DNA of 64,000 nucleotides from Candidatus Saccharimonadia bacterium. GTDB taxonomy: Bacteria; Patescibacteriota; Saccharimonadia; UBA4664. The translations under genes were made by a program, and so were the position numbers. This document shows positions 34,759 to 42,914 of the stretch, one piece after another (the stretch's first letter is position 1; each line of letters begins with the position of its first letter). The notes below the pieces were generated by a model. It was not told the origin of the DNA, ran no database searches, and worked only from the letters and a program-made list of their open reading frames with translations. The stretch is from contig DATIIV010000012.1 of assembly GCA_035479295.1 (NCBI GenBank), positions 65,010 through 129,009 on the forward strand. Direction: 5' to 3'.

Positions 34759-36987
34759 TTAGCTCTGGGCGGCGGCGCCAGACTCAGCCGTTTTGGCTCT
34801 AGCCTTAGCTTCGGCCGCTGCTCCGTTGGGTTGCGGCAGCACAATTACCGAAGTGGTCTTAAGCGGCAGCGCGAAGCCAAAGATGCTACCCTTGCCCTCC
34901 TCGGACTTAAAAATAATCGAGCCACCTTGGTCCTCGATCACGCGCTTAGCTAGGTACAAGCCCAAGCCGGTGCCGTCCGGCCGCTCGGCCTTGGCGTTCT
35001 CGGCCCGGTAAAACTTGGAGAACAGGTGACGCTTCTCGTTCTCTGGCACGCCAATGCCGCTATCGATTACCAGCACCTCGGCAGCGCCCTCAGACTCGCG
35101 CACCTCCACCGTGACGCTGCCCTTGGGCGTGTAGTAAATGGCATTATCGATAAAATTCATAATCACCTGGCGCGTCTTGCTCTCGTCGATCGACAGCATG
35201 GGCAGCGGCTTGTCGGGCTGCTTAAAGATGAGTTCCAGCTTCTTGCGCTCGGCGCTCGGCCGCAGCTGCTGCACCTCCTGCTGGGCCAGCTCGCTCAAGT
35301 CCACCGGCTGGCGCTGAATCATAAACCGCCCCGAGCTCAGTCGCGACACATTCAGCAGATCGCTCGACATCGACACCATCCGCTCGGCCGCCTCTAGCGC
35401 GTAGTTAACATACTCGCGCTGCTTCACCGTCATGTTGGCCTGGTCGTCATCGAGCGCCATCGACAAGTAGCCGGTAATGGCGGTCAGCGGCGTGCCCAGC
35501 TGGTGCGACGCCATCGAGATGAAGTCGTCTTTGGTCTTATCCAGCACCTGCAAGTTGCGGTTGGCGGTGCGCAGTCGGTGCGTCGCATTGCGAATCCGCT
35601 CCTGCAGCGTGGCGTTAAAGTGGGCGATCTCTTCGTAGGATTTAGCGTTCTCAATCGCTACGGCTAGTTCTTTGCGGACGATATCGAGCAGCGTCAGATC
35701 CTGGCCCGAATACATTTCGCCACTCATCTTGTAGCCCAGGAAGAGATAGCCCACTAGCTCTTTCTCGGTGCTTAACCTAATAATGACGCCTAGGCCATGC
35801 TCCTCTAGGAATGATTTGGTTGCACCGGGCTCAAGCTCATCTGCTACCAAGGTGCTAGCGTTAATGTGCTCTAAATCCTTGTAGGTAAGTTTATAACGGG
35901 GCTCGTCACCAATGAATGTACGACTATAAATACTGTTGTTCTCGACAATGATGATTTGACCAGTAGCGATGCGCAATGACCAACAGAGCGTGCGCAATGA
36001 CTTCTTGAGGAGCGGTTCAAGTAAGAGCTCTGAAGTCAGAATCTCGCTTAAATCATCGAGCACGATCTGACTGTCGTAGCGATCTCGAAAGAATATGCTG
36101 TCGGTGACCTTCTCGAACAGTCGGCGTAAAGGCTGAAAGGTAATGGCTAGAAATAGCGCCAGGGCAACAAAGACACCAGTTTGGGCTAGCGGGATATTAT
36201 TCTGAAAGAGAATGTTGCTTGCCGCTAGGATGGTAATTCCATACAGGCCAATAAAAGTTGTAAGAAGCAAAAGATAGGCAACTGATCGGGCGACGGCTAG
36301 CCTGATACTAAAGAGTCGATGCTTAACGATAGCGTACGAGACCGACCCCACCAAGAAAACGGTTAGCAATGGGCCGATGCGCGATATGTCCCAGTTGCCG
36401 ACGATAGCCGGAATGACAATGTTTGTGAGCACAGCCAAGATAATAAAACCCGCTATTCCCAGCATAATAAGACGAGTTTGAGCGCGAAGCCGCAAGTCGA
36501 TTCCAGTGTTCCGGTACAGCTTCCAGAGGTAGTAGCAAGATAGTCCAAACATCACCAAGATGAAAATGGGGTAGAGAGTATAAAGGCTGCCGAGAGCAAC
36601 GTTGGTTCCTCCGTCGGGCCGCTTTGAGACGGGACCAACCACGAAATCGCTTAAAGAGAAGATGGTGCCAGCAATAATAATGACGGCACTAACAAGCTGT
36701 CTCCGCTTGCTGGCGCTTTGTTTGCCGCCAAAGTAAAACGCAAACAACGTTATGGTGGCTAACACGAGAAAACCGGCGCCAAAGTCAAGGCGAGCAAAGA
36801 ACTGATCAAGGCCAAGCGTGGGAGCTCGGTCGGTAAGATAATTGAAGATCGTCCAGGCGGTGATTGACAGGGAGATGCCAAAAAACGCCCGACTCTCGGC
36901 TCGCTGAGGGTTACGCATAAACACGAGCGAGCCGAGAGCCAAATTGCTTACTGAGGCGAGTATGAGGATGGCGAGGTCAAATATCAT
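34759..36987 (-). CDS. multi-TM + GAF sensor histidine kinase (HisKA_7TM/PrsK-like architecture), paralog A
   Basis: About nine N-terminal TM helices (MIFDLAILILASVSNLALGSLVFMRNP...). GAF-like block (LVGYLFLGYKMSGEMYSGQDLTLLDIVRKELAVAIENAKSYEEI). H-box FISMASHQLGTPLT, N-box NFIDNAIYYT, DSGIGV, GTGLGLYLAK. ATGA overlap with the upstream gene. Confidence 0.9.
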   Translation of the reverse strand: MIFDLAILILASVSNLALGSLVFMRNPQRAESRAFFGISLSITAWTIFNYLTDRAPTLGLDQFFARLDFGAGFLVLATITLFAFYFGGKQSASKRRQLVSAVIIIAGTIFSLSDFVVGPVSKRPDGGTNVALGSLYTLYPIFILVMFGLSCYYLWKLYRNTGIDLRLRAQTRLIMLGIAGFIILAVLTNIVIPAIVGNWDISRIGPLLTVFLVGSVSYAIVKHRLFSIRLAVARSVAYLLLLTTFIGLYGITILAASNILFQNNIPLAQTGVFVALALFLAITFQPLRRLFEKVTDSIFFRDRYDSQIVLDDLSEILTSELLLEPLLKKSLRTLCWSLRIATGQIIIVENNSIYSRTFIGDEPRYKLTYKDLEHINASTLVADELEPGATKSFLEEHGLGVIIRLSTEKELVGYLFLGYKMSGEMYSGQDLTLLDIVRKELAVAIENAKSYEEIAHFNATLQERIRNATHRLRTANRNLQVLDKTKDDFISMASHQLGTPLTAITGYLSMALDDDQANMTVKQREYVNYALEAAERMVSMSSDLLNVSRLSSGRFMIQRQPVDLSELAQQEVQQLRPSAERKKLELIFKQPDKPLPMLSIDESKTRQVIMNFIDNAIYYTPKGSVTVEVRESEGAAEVLVIDSGIGVPENEKRHLFSKFYRAENAKAERPDGTGLGLYLAKRVIEDQGGSIIFKSEEGKGSIFGFALPLKTTSVIVLPQPNGAAAEAKARAKTAESGAAAQS

Positions 36988-37796
36988 GCGGGCGTAGGTC
37001 CTGTAAATGCTGGAAACTTGAAGACTTCTTGAAGACCCTCGCCCCGGAACAGCCAGCCAAATCGCTTTGGGTCATTAACGCAAAGGCGCGCCATCCAGTC
37101 CTCGATATCCACCCAAACGGGCAGGCTCAGACTTGAACCAAGGTAAGGCTTCCAACCTATCCCCTCGTAGTAGCTAAAGGGTTCACCAAGTCTGCGCTTG
37201 AAGCTGTTGTGAGCGGACTCATCAACTATTGTAACCCAATAGCGAGCAGCTTGCTCTAGTGTATACTTACATGCCATGTGGTAGATCGCCTTGGCGATCC
37301 GGCCCGAGTATGCGTGGCGATGGTAGGCCGGGACTACCCCCATTGTCACCATGTCTAGCGTAGTTTTGGGGCCAAAGTCGACAGCAGCGGCTTGTAGCGC
37401 CTGAGTTAGCGGTAGGTTCCAGTACCGACCAGGCTCGCTTGACTCGATGTCGGTGAGGCTTTTAAAGCCGAGGGGCGACCGTCTGATCACTCGCAACATT
37501 CCGGCTGGTAGACCGTTTGCATGGTCGATAAGGATAAAGAATGTGCTGTAGGGATCATATGGCCCATACTCTCTCTCTAGATCCTCTGGCGTGTCCCCGT
37601 AGAAAGCGAATACGTCCGCCTCCGCCAACCGCGCGACTGGCAATGCCCAGTGCGGTGTGCCGGTTTGGGGCTCGATGCGATAGACGCCAAATGGCTGCGA
37701 TGGCGCGGCATTACCCTGGTCCATGAGGCGGCGAATCAGGTCCTTAGAGCGAATCGTCTCTTCCCACTGTTCTCGCACTAGCCCCGTAGCGACCAC
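36984..37796 (-). CDS. GNAT/LuxI-fold N-acyltransferase-like protein (tentative), cassette A
   Basis: ARLAEADVFAFYGDTPEDLEREYGPYDPYSTFFILIDHANGLPAGMLRVI parallels the LuxI/NAS block (R..VF....W....E.D.YD..S.H....G...G..R). A later segment is DMVTMGVVPAYHR...IAKAIYHMACKYTLEQAARYWVTIVD...FKRRLGEPF. The GTG start shares one base with the upstream stop (TAGTG). Confidence 0.5.
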   Translation of the reverse strand: MVATGLVREQWEETIRSKDLIRRLMDQGNAAPSQPFGVYRIEPQTGTPHWALPVARLAEADVFAFYGDTPEDLEREYGPYDPYSTFFILIDHANGLPAGMLRVIRRSPLGFKSLTDIESSEPGRYWNLPLTQALQAAAVDFGPKTTLDMVTMGVVPAYHRHAYSGRIAKAIYHMACKYTLEQAARYWVTIVDESAHNSFKRRLGEPFSYYEGIGWKPYLGSSLSLPVWVDIEDWMARLCVNDPKRFGWLFRGEGLQEVFKFPAFTGPTPA

Positions 37797-38137
37797 TAGG
37801 TCTCCTTAAACTCGATGTGTGAAGCCTTGAAATAACGCTGAGTAAACTCCACAGCGTTATTCACATTGAAAGCCTTGCAGGTATATATGTCAACGCTAAA
37901 GAAGAGGCGCGGTTGCTCCCAGGCGTATAGGTGAGCCCCCGATGTTTCCCAGTGAATCCAGCCAGCCCAGCCGTAGAGGTCTGAGCGGTGTGTCACCGGT
38001 TTGATGAGTGCTGTCATGCCTGTTACGACAGAGAGCTGTTCAAGGTAGTCTTTAATTTGGGCATCATCAATAGGTTGGGCGCAATAGCCCTCAATAATAA
38101 GCCGCTGCCGGTATATCTCCGGCGCTAGATCCCTCAC
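37796..38137 (-). CDS. S-adenosylmethionine-decarboxylase-like (AdoMet_dc fold) small protein
   Basis: GTG start after AAGGAG with an 8-nt spacer. At 113 aa it is colinear with small bacterial SpeD/SpeH: RLIIEGYCAQPID aligns with ELYGC, WIHWETSGAHLYAWEQ aligns with the (L)AESHISIHTWPE processing/active-site strand, and FFSVDIYTCKAF aligns with AALDVFTCG. Confidence 0.55.
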   Translation of the reverse strand: MRDLAPEIYRQRLIIEGYCAQPIDDAQIKDYLEQLSVVTGMTALIKPVTHRSDLYGWAGWIHWETSGAHLYAWEQPRLFFSVDIYTCKAFNVNNAVEFTQRYFKASHIEFKET

Positions 38138-38215
38138 CCCATAGCTCCTTGTTCAGGCCCATCATACTCTTCTTAGGACCGCTAAGTCTACGTAAAAAGA
38201 TGAAATTAAAGCGTT

Positions 38216-38623
38216 TTACGCCGCCCCAGCTGCTCCCGGAATCTCGTCCTTGGTATAGCCCGCCAAGATGCCGCGGACGATCTCCTCGACCTGCTTGGGC
38301 TTGTGCTCGCTCTTGATGATGTAGCGGACGGCGCCGAGCTCGAGGGCGGTCTGGACGTCGCTGTTGCCGGCCAGGTTGGTGAGCACCACCACCGGAAGAT
38401 TGGCCACGGCCGGATCGGCCTTGAGCTGCTTGAGCACCTCCATGCCGTTAAGCTTGGGCATCATGATGTCGAGCAGAATGAGCGTGGGGTTAACCGAGCG
38501 TGCTTTGTCGAGGCCCTCTTGGCCGTCGGTGGCCAGTTCAACCTCGTAATTATTCGAGGCAAAGATCGTCTGATACATCCGCGAGAGTAAGGCGTCATCT
38601 TCGATGATTAGAATCTTAGGCAC
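38216..38623 (-). CDS. receiver-only response regulator (cassette A)
   Basis: ILIIEDD, LILLDIMMPKLNGMEVL, VVVLTNL, VRYIIKSE. The preferred start is GTG 38623 with GAGG 8 nt upstream. Alternative ATG starts lie at 38650 and 38734. Confidence 0.85.
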   Translation of the reverse strand: MPKILIIEDDALLSRMYQTIFASNNYEVELATDGQEGLDKARSVNPTLILLDIMMPKLNGMEVLKQLKADPAVANLPVVVLTNLAGNSDVQTALELGAVRYIIKSEHKPKQVEEIVRGILAGYTKDEIPGAAGAA

Positions 38624-38737
38624 ACTGAAAACCTCATTTACGCCCATCATACACGAGGCAAGCGAGAAGCGGAAGCCCTTAAGCATAAGCTTTATCAAAG
38701 GACAAATTTCGCGGTTGAGCCGATGGAGCGGCAAATG

Positions 38738-39106
38738 TTAGGACAGGAACGTGAGCGCGCAGGCCGCAAAGATGATGGCAATATCGCGAAAGGTGATGTC
38801 GAGCGAGCCGAGGTTGACTACCATAATGGCCACGGTGGTGGCGGCCGTCACGATGGCGGCGTACTGGCCGCGCCAGCCGGTGAGCAGCCAGATGGCCAGC
38901 GCCGCCTGGAAGGCCGAGAAGCCAGCCAACAGCAGGCTAGCCGGCGCCAGGTGTCGCAGCATGAGGGGCAGGTAGCCGATCCAGTTGTTGGGGTAGAGCG
39001 TGGCGGCCACGGCGGCGTAGGCAAACACGGCTGCGAGACCCAGCCGCAGCAAAAATCGGGCTCGCAGCACCTGGCGGGCGGTGGGCAGGGGGCGTAGTTG
39101 CTTCAT
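38738..39106 (-). CDS. small 4-TM membrane protein (possibly DoxX-like)
   Basis: 122 aa with four hydrophobic helices. The family assignment is tentative. Confidence 0.55.
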   Translation of the reverse strand: MKQLRPLPTARQVLRARFLLRLGLAAVFAYAAVAATLYPNNWIGYLPLMLRHLAPASLLLAGFSAFQAALAIWLLTGWRGQYAAIVTAATTVAIMVVNLGSLDITFRDIAIIFAACALTFLS

Positions 39107-39180
39107 GGCTGCATTATACTGCTTATGCTCAATAAGAGTTAGTGTTATGATGGCCGTACGGGGCTAATAAGAGGACGATT

Positions 39181-39603
39181 ATGAAGAATAAGAACGTTAT
39201 TATAACGCTCGTGGTAGCGATTATTATCGTGGTAGCGGTAGCAATTTATCTGGCTATGGCCGGAGGCAAAACCACCGGTAGCCCAATGGCTTCGGCCTCG
39301 CCGACGCCGCAAGCGGTGCCGAGTAGTCAGGCCGTGTCCACTATTAAGTACAATGTCTCGGGCGGCTTTAGTCCTAGCTCGGTCACTATTAAGTCGGGCC
39401 AGGCTATCACCTTTACGAATGATTCGGCCGACGAGATTCAGGTCGACTCCGATCCGCACCCCACGCACACCGATAATCCCGAGCTGAATGTGGGCACCAT
39501 TGCGGCTGGGCAGAGCCAGACCATTAAGCTAACCACCGCCGGCAGCTGGGGCTACCACAACCACCTCAACCCGAGCGACAAGGGGCGCGTGATCGTACAG
39601 TAG
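39181..39603 (+). CDS. membrane-anchored cupredoxin-fold-like protein lacking the Cys ligand
   Basis: N-terminal TM. A beta-sandwich-like C-terminus with FSPSSVTIKSGQAITFTNDS, DSDPHPTH and GSWGYHNHLNPSDKG. His-rich motifs are present but there is no Cys. Confidence 0.5.
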   Translation: MKNKNVIITLVVAIIIVVAVAIYLAMAGGKTTGSPMASASPTPQAVPSSQAVSTIKYNVSGGFSPSSVTIKSGQAITFTNDSADEIQVDSDPHPTHTDNPELNVGTIAAGQSQTIKLTTAGSWGYHNHLNPSDKGRVIVQ

Positions 39604-39607
39604 GCGA

Positions 39608-39638
39608 GGCCGGCCGGGCAAGAGACGCCCGGCCGGCC
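39608..39638. terminator. bidirectional hairpin terminator
   Basis: GGCCGGCCGGGC-AAGAGAC-GCCCGGCCGGCC: a 12-bp stem between convergent genes. Confidence 0.7.
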
Positions 39639-39658
39639 ATAATTTGGTGGTTACGCTT

Positions 39659-40444
39659 CTATGCCTCCACGAGCTTGATGGTCCACAGATCGGAGGTCAG
39701 CTCGCGATCGGTGAGGTAGGCGAGCGGCAGGTAAAAGTAGCCGGCGTCGCCCCAGCGCTTGCCCCACGAGTTGCGGCAGATGAAGTAGCCAGCGGCCATG
39801 TCGTAGCCCACCACCAGGATGGCGTGGCCACCCAGGAGCTCCTCGTTGGGCTTCGGCACGGGAATGACGCCGGTGCGGTTGGCCTCGTCGCTCTCAAAGC
39901 TGGCGTAGACCGCGATGCCGGCCACGAACGGGCGGCCGGCCGCCAAGCAGCTGCGCATGTTGGTGTCGTCGCTCGTTACCTTGATGCGAGCGTACGACAG
40001 CACCTGGTTGGAGAGCGCGTCAGCGTAGCACTGGGCGGACGGCTTGACGGTGAAGCGGCTGATGTCGTACAGCCACTCGCTCTCGGGCGGCACGCCCAGC
40101 TTGGCCAGAACCTTCATGCCGTCGCGAAGGTAGGCGCCGGCGTCGGTGTCGACGGTGCCCTCGCGTGCGCGCTCATTGTAGTAAATGAACAGCCGGCTCG
40201 GGCCGATGGGCTCCTGACCCTGCCGGCGACGCTCCATGTCGTAGGCCGCCGCCAGCGCGTTGGCGGTGCAGCTGCCCAGCTGGCCCTGGTCGTACACGTC
40301 CGGGCAGTCCGGGCGCAGGTCGATGCTATTGGGCAGCTGCGAGGGGCGGATGTCTAGGCCGGCGCGGTCGAACTTGTGGTCGCGGGGGTCGCGCGGATCG
40401 GGGATATTCCCGAGGCCGTGGCCGCGGGGCGTTACGAGCGCCAT
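39659..40444 (-). CDS. papain-like (C1 family) cysteine peptidase, no signal peptide (paralog 2)
   Basis: DQGQLGSCTANAL, GGHAILVVGYD, CRNSWGKRWGDAGYFYLP. Colinear with 31316..32113 and roughly two-thirds identical by eye. Confidence 0.9.
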   Translation of the reverse strand: MALVTPRGHGLGNIPDPRDPRDHKFDRAGLDIRPSQLPNSIDLRPDCPDVYDQGQLGSCTANALAAAYDMERRRQGQEPIGPSRLFIYYNERAREGTVDTDAGAYLRDGMKVLAKLGVPPESEWLYDISRFTVKPSAQCYADALSNQVLSYARIKVTSDDTNMRSCLAAGRPFVAGIAVYASFESDEANRTGVIPVPKPNEELLGGHAILVVGYDMAAGYFICRNSWGKRWGDAGYFYLPLAYLTDRELTSDLWTIKLVEA

Positions 40445-40617
40445 AGAGGCTCCTCGATGTGGGACGGATGGGTGGCGGCGCCAAGGGCACCGTGGTTGTT
40501 ACATTACGATCTTAATTATGGCTTAGGGTAGGACAATTAATGCAAAATCCACAGATCTCTACCAGCTCAAGTTTGGGCGGAATTATCTTGCGCTACTGGG
40601 GCTGCTAATGATAGGGC

Positions 40618-40646
40618 TCGACAGCCATAAATCGATCCGCTATAGT
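40618..40646 (+). promoter_or_regulatory. sigma-70-like promoter
   Basis: TCGACA, a 17-nt spacer, then TATAGT, about 58 nt upstream of ATG 40704. Confidence 0.4.
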
Positions 40647-40703
40647 ATCAGGCGCCTTACTTTTGGCGTGGCATTCGCGCAGCATTACCGGTATGCTACA
40701 ACC

Positions 40704-42362
40704 ATGAACATAGCGGATGAACTCAAAAAGATACTCCAAGGCGAGGTTGACGATGCGCCGGCCACACTGCAAACCTATAGCCACGATGCCAGCCTCTTTG
40801 AGGTGAAGCCTCAGGTGGTGGCCTACCCCAAGGTGGCGGCCGATGTCGAGGCGCTGGTTAAGTTTGTGGCTGAGCACAAGGCCGAGCAGCCGAATCTGTC
40901 CATTACCGCTCGCAGCGCCGGCACCGATATGAGCGGTGGCGCCATCAACGACAGCATCATCGCCGACTTTAACCGCCACTTTACGGCCATCGAGGATGTC
41001 TCGGCCGACGAAGGCCACGCGCAGCCGGGCGTATTTTACCGCGACTTCGAGAAGGCCACGCTGGCCCAGGGCGCACTCATGCCCAGCTACCCGGCGAGCC
41101 GCGAGCTCTGCACCATCGGTGGCATGGTTAATAACGACTCGGGCGGCGAGAAGTCGCTCGAGTACGGCAAGACGCAAAACTTCATCAACGAGCTTAAATT
41201 CGTCTTTGCCGACGGCAAGGAGCGAGTGGTGCGGCCGCTCAACCGTGCCGAACTCGATGCCAAGATGAAGCAAGATGACTTTGAGGGCGAGGTCTACCGC
41301 AAGACCTTCGCGCTGGTGGACGGCCACTACGACCAGCTTAAGGCCGCTAAGCCGCACGTCACCAAGAATTCCACCGGCTACCATATTTGGGACGTTTGGG
41401 ATCGCGAGACTGGCATCTTTGACCTCACCAAAGTCATCGCCGGCGCCCAGGGCACGCTCGGCTTCGTTACCGATATTAAGTTCCGGCTGGTGCCGGCCCG
41501 GCCGCACTCTGGTCTGCTGGTGATGTTCTTGCACGACATCGACCGGCTGGGCGAGATTGTGCCTAAAGTGCTTGAATACAAGCCGGCCACCTTCGAGTCG
41601 TTCGACGATGTGACGCTGTGGCTGTCGATCAAGTTTATGCCGTCGTTCCTCAAGGTGCTCGGGCCGCTGCGTTTCATTAAGCTTCTCATTAGCCTCATTC
41701 CGGATGGCTTTATGCTCCTCAATGGCGTTCCCAAGCTCATTTTAATGGTTGAGTTTAACGGCGAGACTCGCGACGAAGTGCGGACCAGGATTAAAGCCTT
41801 ACACAAAGAGCTCCATCTCAAACACAGTTACTACGAGATCACCGCCACCGAAGAAGATCCCACCGAAGAGTCGTCCGAGAAGTACTGGCTGATGCGCCGC
41901 CAGAGCTTTCAATTACTGCGCAGCAAAGTCAAAGATAAGCATACGGCGCCGTTTATCGACGACCTGGTGGTGCCGCCGGAGCACCTCACGGAGTTCTTGC
42001 CCAAGATGCGGGCCATCATTAAAAAGTACGAGCTGTTTGCCACCATCGCCGGCCACATGGGCGACGGCAACTTCCACATTATTCCGCTTATGAAGCTCGA
42101 AGATCCCAAGGAGCGGGCCAAGCTGCAGCCGGCCATGAAGGAGACCAACGAGCTGGTGCTGAGCTTTGGCGGTGTGTTAAGCGGCGAGCACAACGACGGC
42201 ATGATTCGCGGGCCGTGGCTGCAGCAGGCCTATGGCGATGAAATTTACGAGATTTTTCGCCAGACCAAAGCCATCTTTGATCCGCAGGGCATCTTTAATC
42301 CCCATAAAAAGGCTACGGCCGACTGGGATTGGAGCATGAGCCACGTGCGGCAGTCGTTTTAG
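40704..42362 (+). CDS. FAD-linked oxidase (GlcD/D-lactate dehydrogenase-like)
   Basis: FAD_binding_4 region (ITARSAGTDMSGGAI, ELCTIGGMVNNDSGGEKSLEYG). C-terminal FAD-oxidase_C region (ATIAGHMGDGNFH, SGEHNDGMIR, IFDPQGIFNPHK). The first plausible ATG is at 40704. Confidence 0.9.
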   Translation: MNIADELKKILQGEVDDAPATLQTYSHDASLFEVKPQVVAYPKVAADVEALVKFVAEHKAEQPNLSITARSAGTDMSGGAINDSIIADFNRHFTAIEDVSADEGHAQPGVFYRDFEKATLAQGALMPSYPASRELCTIGGMVNNDSGGEKSLEYGKTQNFINELKFVFADGKERVVRPLNRAELDAKMKQDDFEGEVYRKTFALVDGHYDQLKAAKPHVTKNSTGYHIWDVWDRETGIFDLTKVIAGAQGTLGFVTDIKFRLVPARPHSGLLVMFLHDIDRLGEIVPKVLEYKPATFESFDDVTLWLSIKFMPSFLKVLGPLRFIKLLISLIPDGFMLLNGVPKLILMVEFNGETRDEVRTRIKALHKELHLKHSYYEITATEEDPTEESSEKYWLMRRQSFQLLRSKVKDKHTAPFIDDLVVPPEHLTEFLPKMRAIIKKYELFATIAGHMGDGNFHIIPLMKLEDPKERAKLQPAMKETNELVLSFGGVLSGEHNDGMIRGPWLQQAYGDEIYEIFRQTKAIFDPQGIFNPHKKATADWDWSMSHVRQSF

Positions 42363-42373
42363 CTTAAGCTAAT

Positions 42374-42403
42374 GGGGGATCTGGAATTGGGTCCAGATCC
42401 CCC
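42374..42403. terminator. bidirectional hairpin terminator
   Basis: GGGGGATCTGGA-ATTGGG-TCCAGATCCCCC: a 12-bp perfect stem between convergent genes. Confidence 0.65.
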
Positions 42404-42418
42404 GGTTGGGTGAGTGGC

Positions 42419-42847
42419 TCAGGGCCATTTGGGTTTATCGTACAGCGGCAGGTCCAGCCTCACCACGTCGGCGTTGGGGTTGCGGCGGACGAAGCCAAAG
42501 CGCAGCCTTCCGGTGATCAGCCCCCGATTTGTCTGGACGGCCAAGCTGCAGCTCTGGCCACAGGTAGCGCAGTCTTGATCGGTCCGCGGGAAGTTATTCC
42601 AGAGCACACCCTCCTTGGGGCTAGGCTGAGGCGGTCGGTGGCTGAGTATTGCGGCGAGCTGGTTGAGCACAGCCTTGGCGGTGGCACATTCTGTGATGGG
42701 CTGGCCGCCGCCGCAGACGGCATAAGGGTCGCTGTTGTAGACGAGGGTAACACTGGATCCTGGTACCGATACCTCGCTCGAGTCGTTGTTCATGAGGCGG
42801 GGCTTGCCATCAATGGCGAACGTGGGGTCGGGGCCTGATTCGTCCAC
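42419..42847 (-). CDS. hypothetical Cys-containing protein
   Basis: The minus-strand 142-aa ORF has a balanced composition. The equal-length plus-strand ORF is G/A/V/R-rich, typical of an antisense shadow. No family is recognised. Confidence 0.45.
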   Translation of the reverse strand: MDESGPDPTFAIDGKPRLMNNDSSEVSVPGSSVTLVYNSDPYAVCGGGQPITECATAKAVLNQLAAILSHRPPQPSPKEGVLWNNFPRTDQDCATCGQSCSLAVQTNRGLITGRLRFGFVRRNPNADVVRLDLPLYDKPKWP

Positions 42848-42914
42848 GGGTCAGATTATACGGCCAATGGCGCCGGTTGGGTAAGAGCGAAAATATTTAT
42901 CTGTGTCATAACTA

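Noticed and set aside
39644-40357. 237-aa plus-strand ORF antisense to C1 peptidase 2 (and 31313..31570 antisense to peptidase 1)
   Set aside because: The minus frames encode intact papain catalytic motifs. The plus-strand ORFs are compositional mirrors.
40605-41534. 309-aa minus-strand ORF overlapping the FAD-linked oxidase
   Set aside because: The plus strand carries clear FAD_binding_4 motifs. The antisense product is low-complexity (A/G/V/L/R) and lacks any RBS.
42410-42838. Plus-strand 142-aa ORF mirroring 42419..42847
   Set aside because: Its composition (G/A/V/R-rich, no Lys, few aromatics) looks like an antisense artefact, so the minus-strand product is preferred. Neither has homology I can recognise, so confidence is low.
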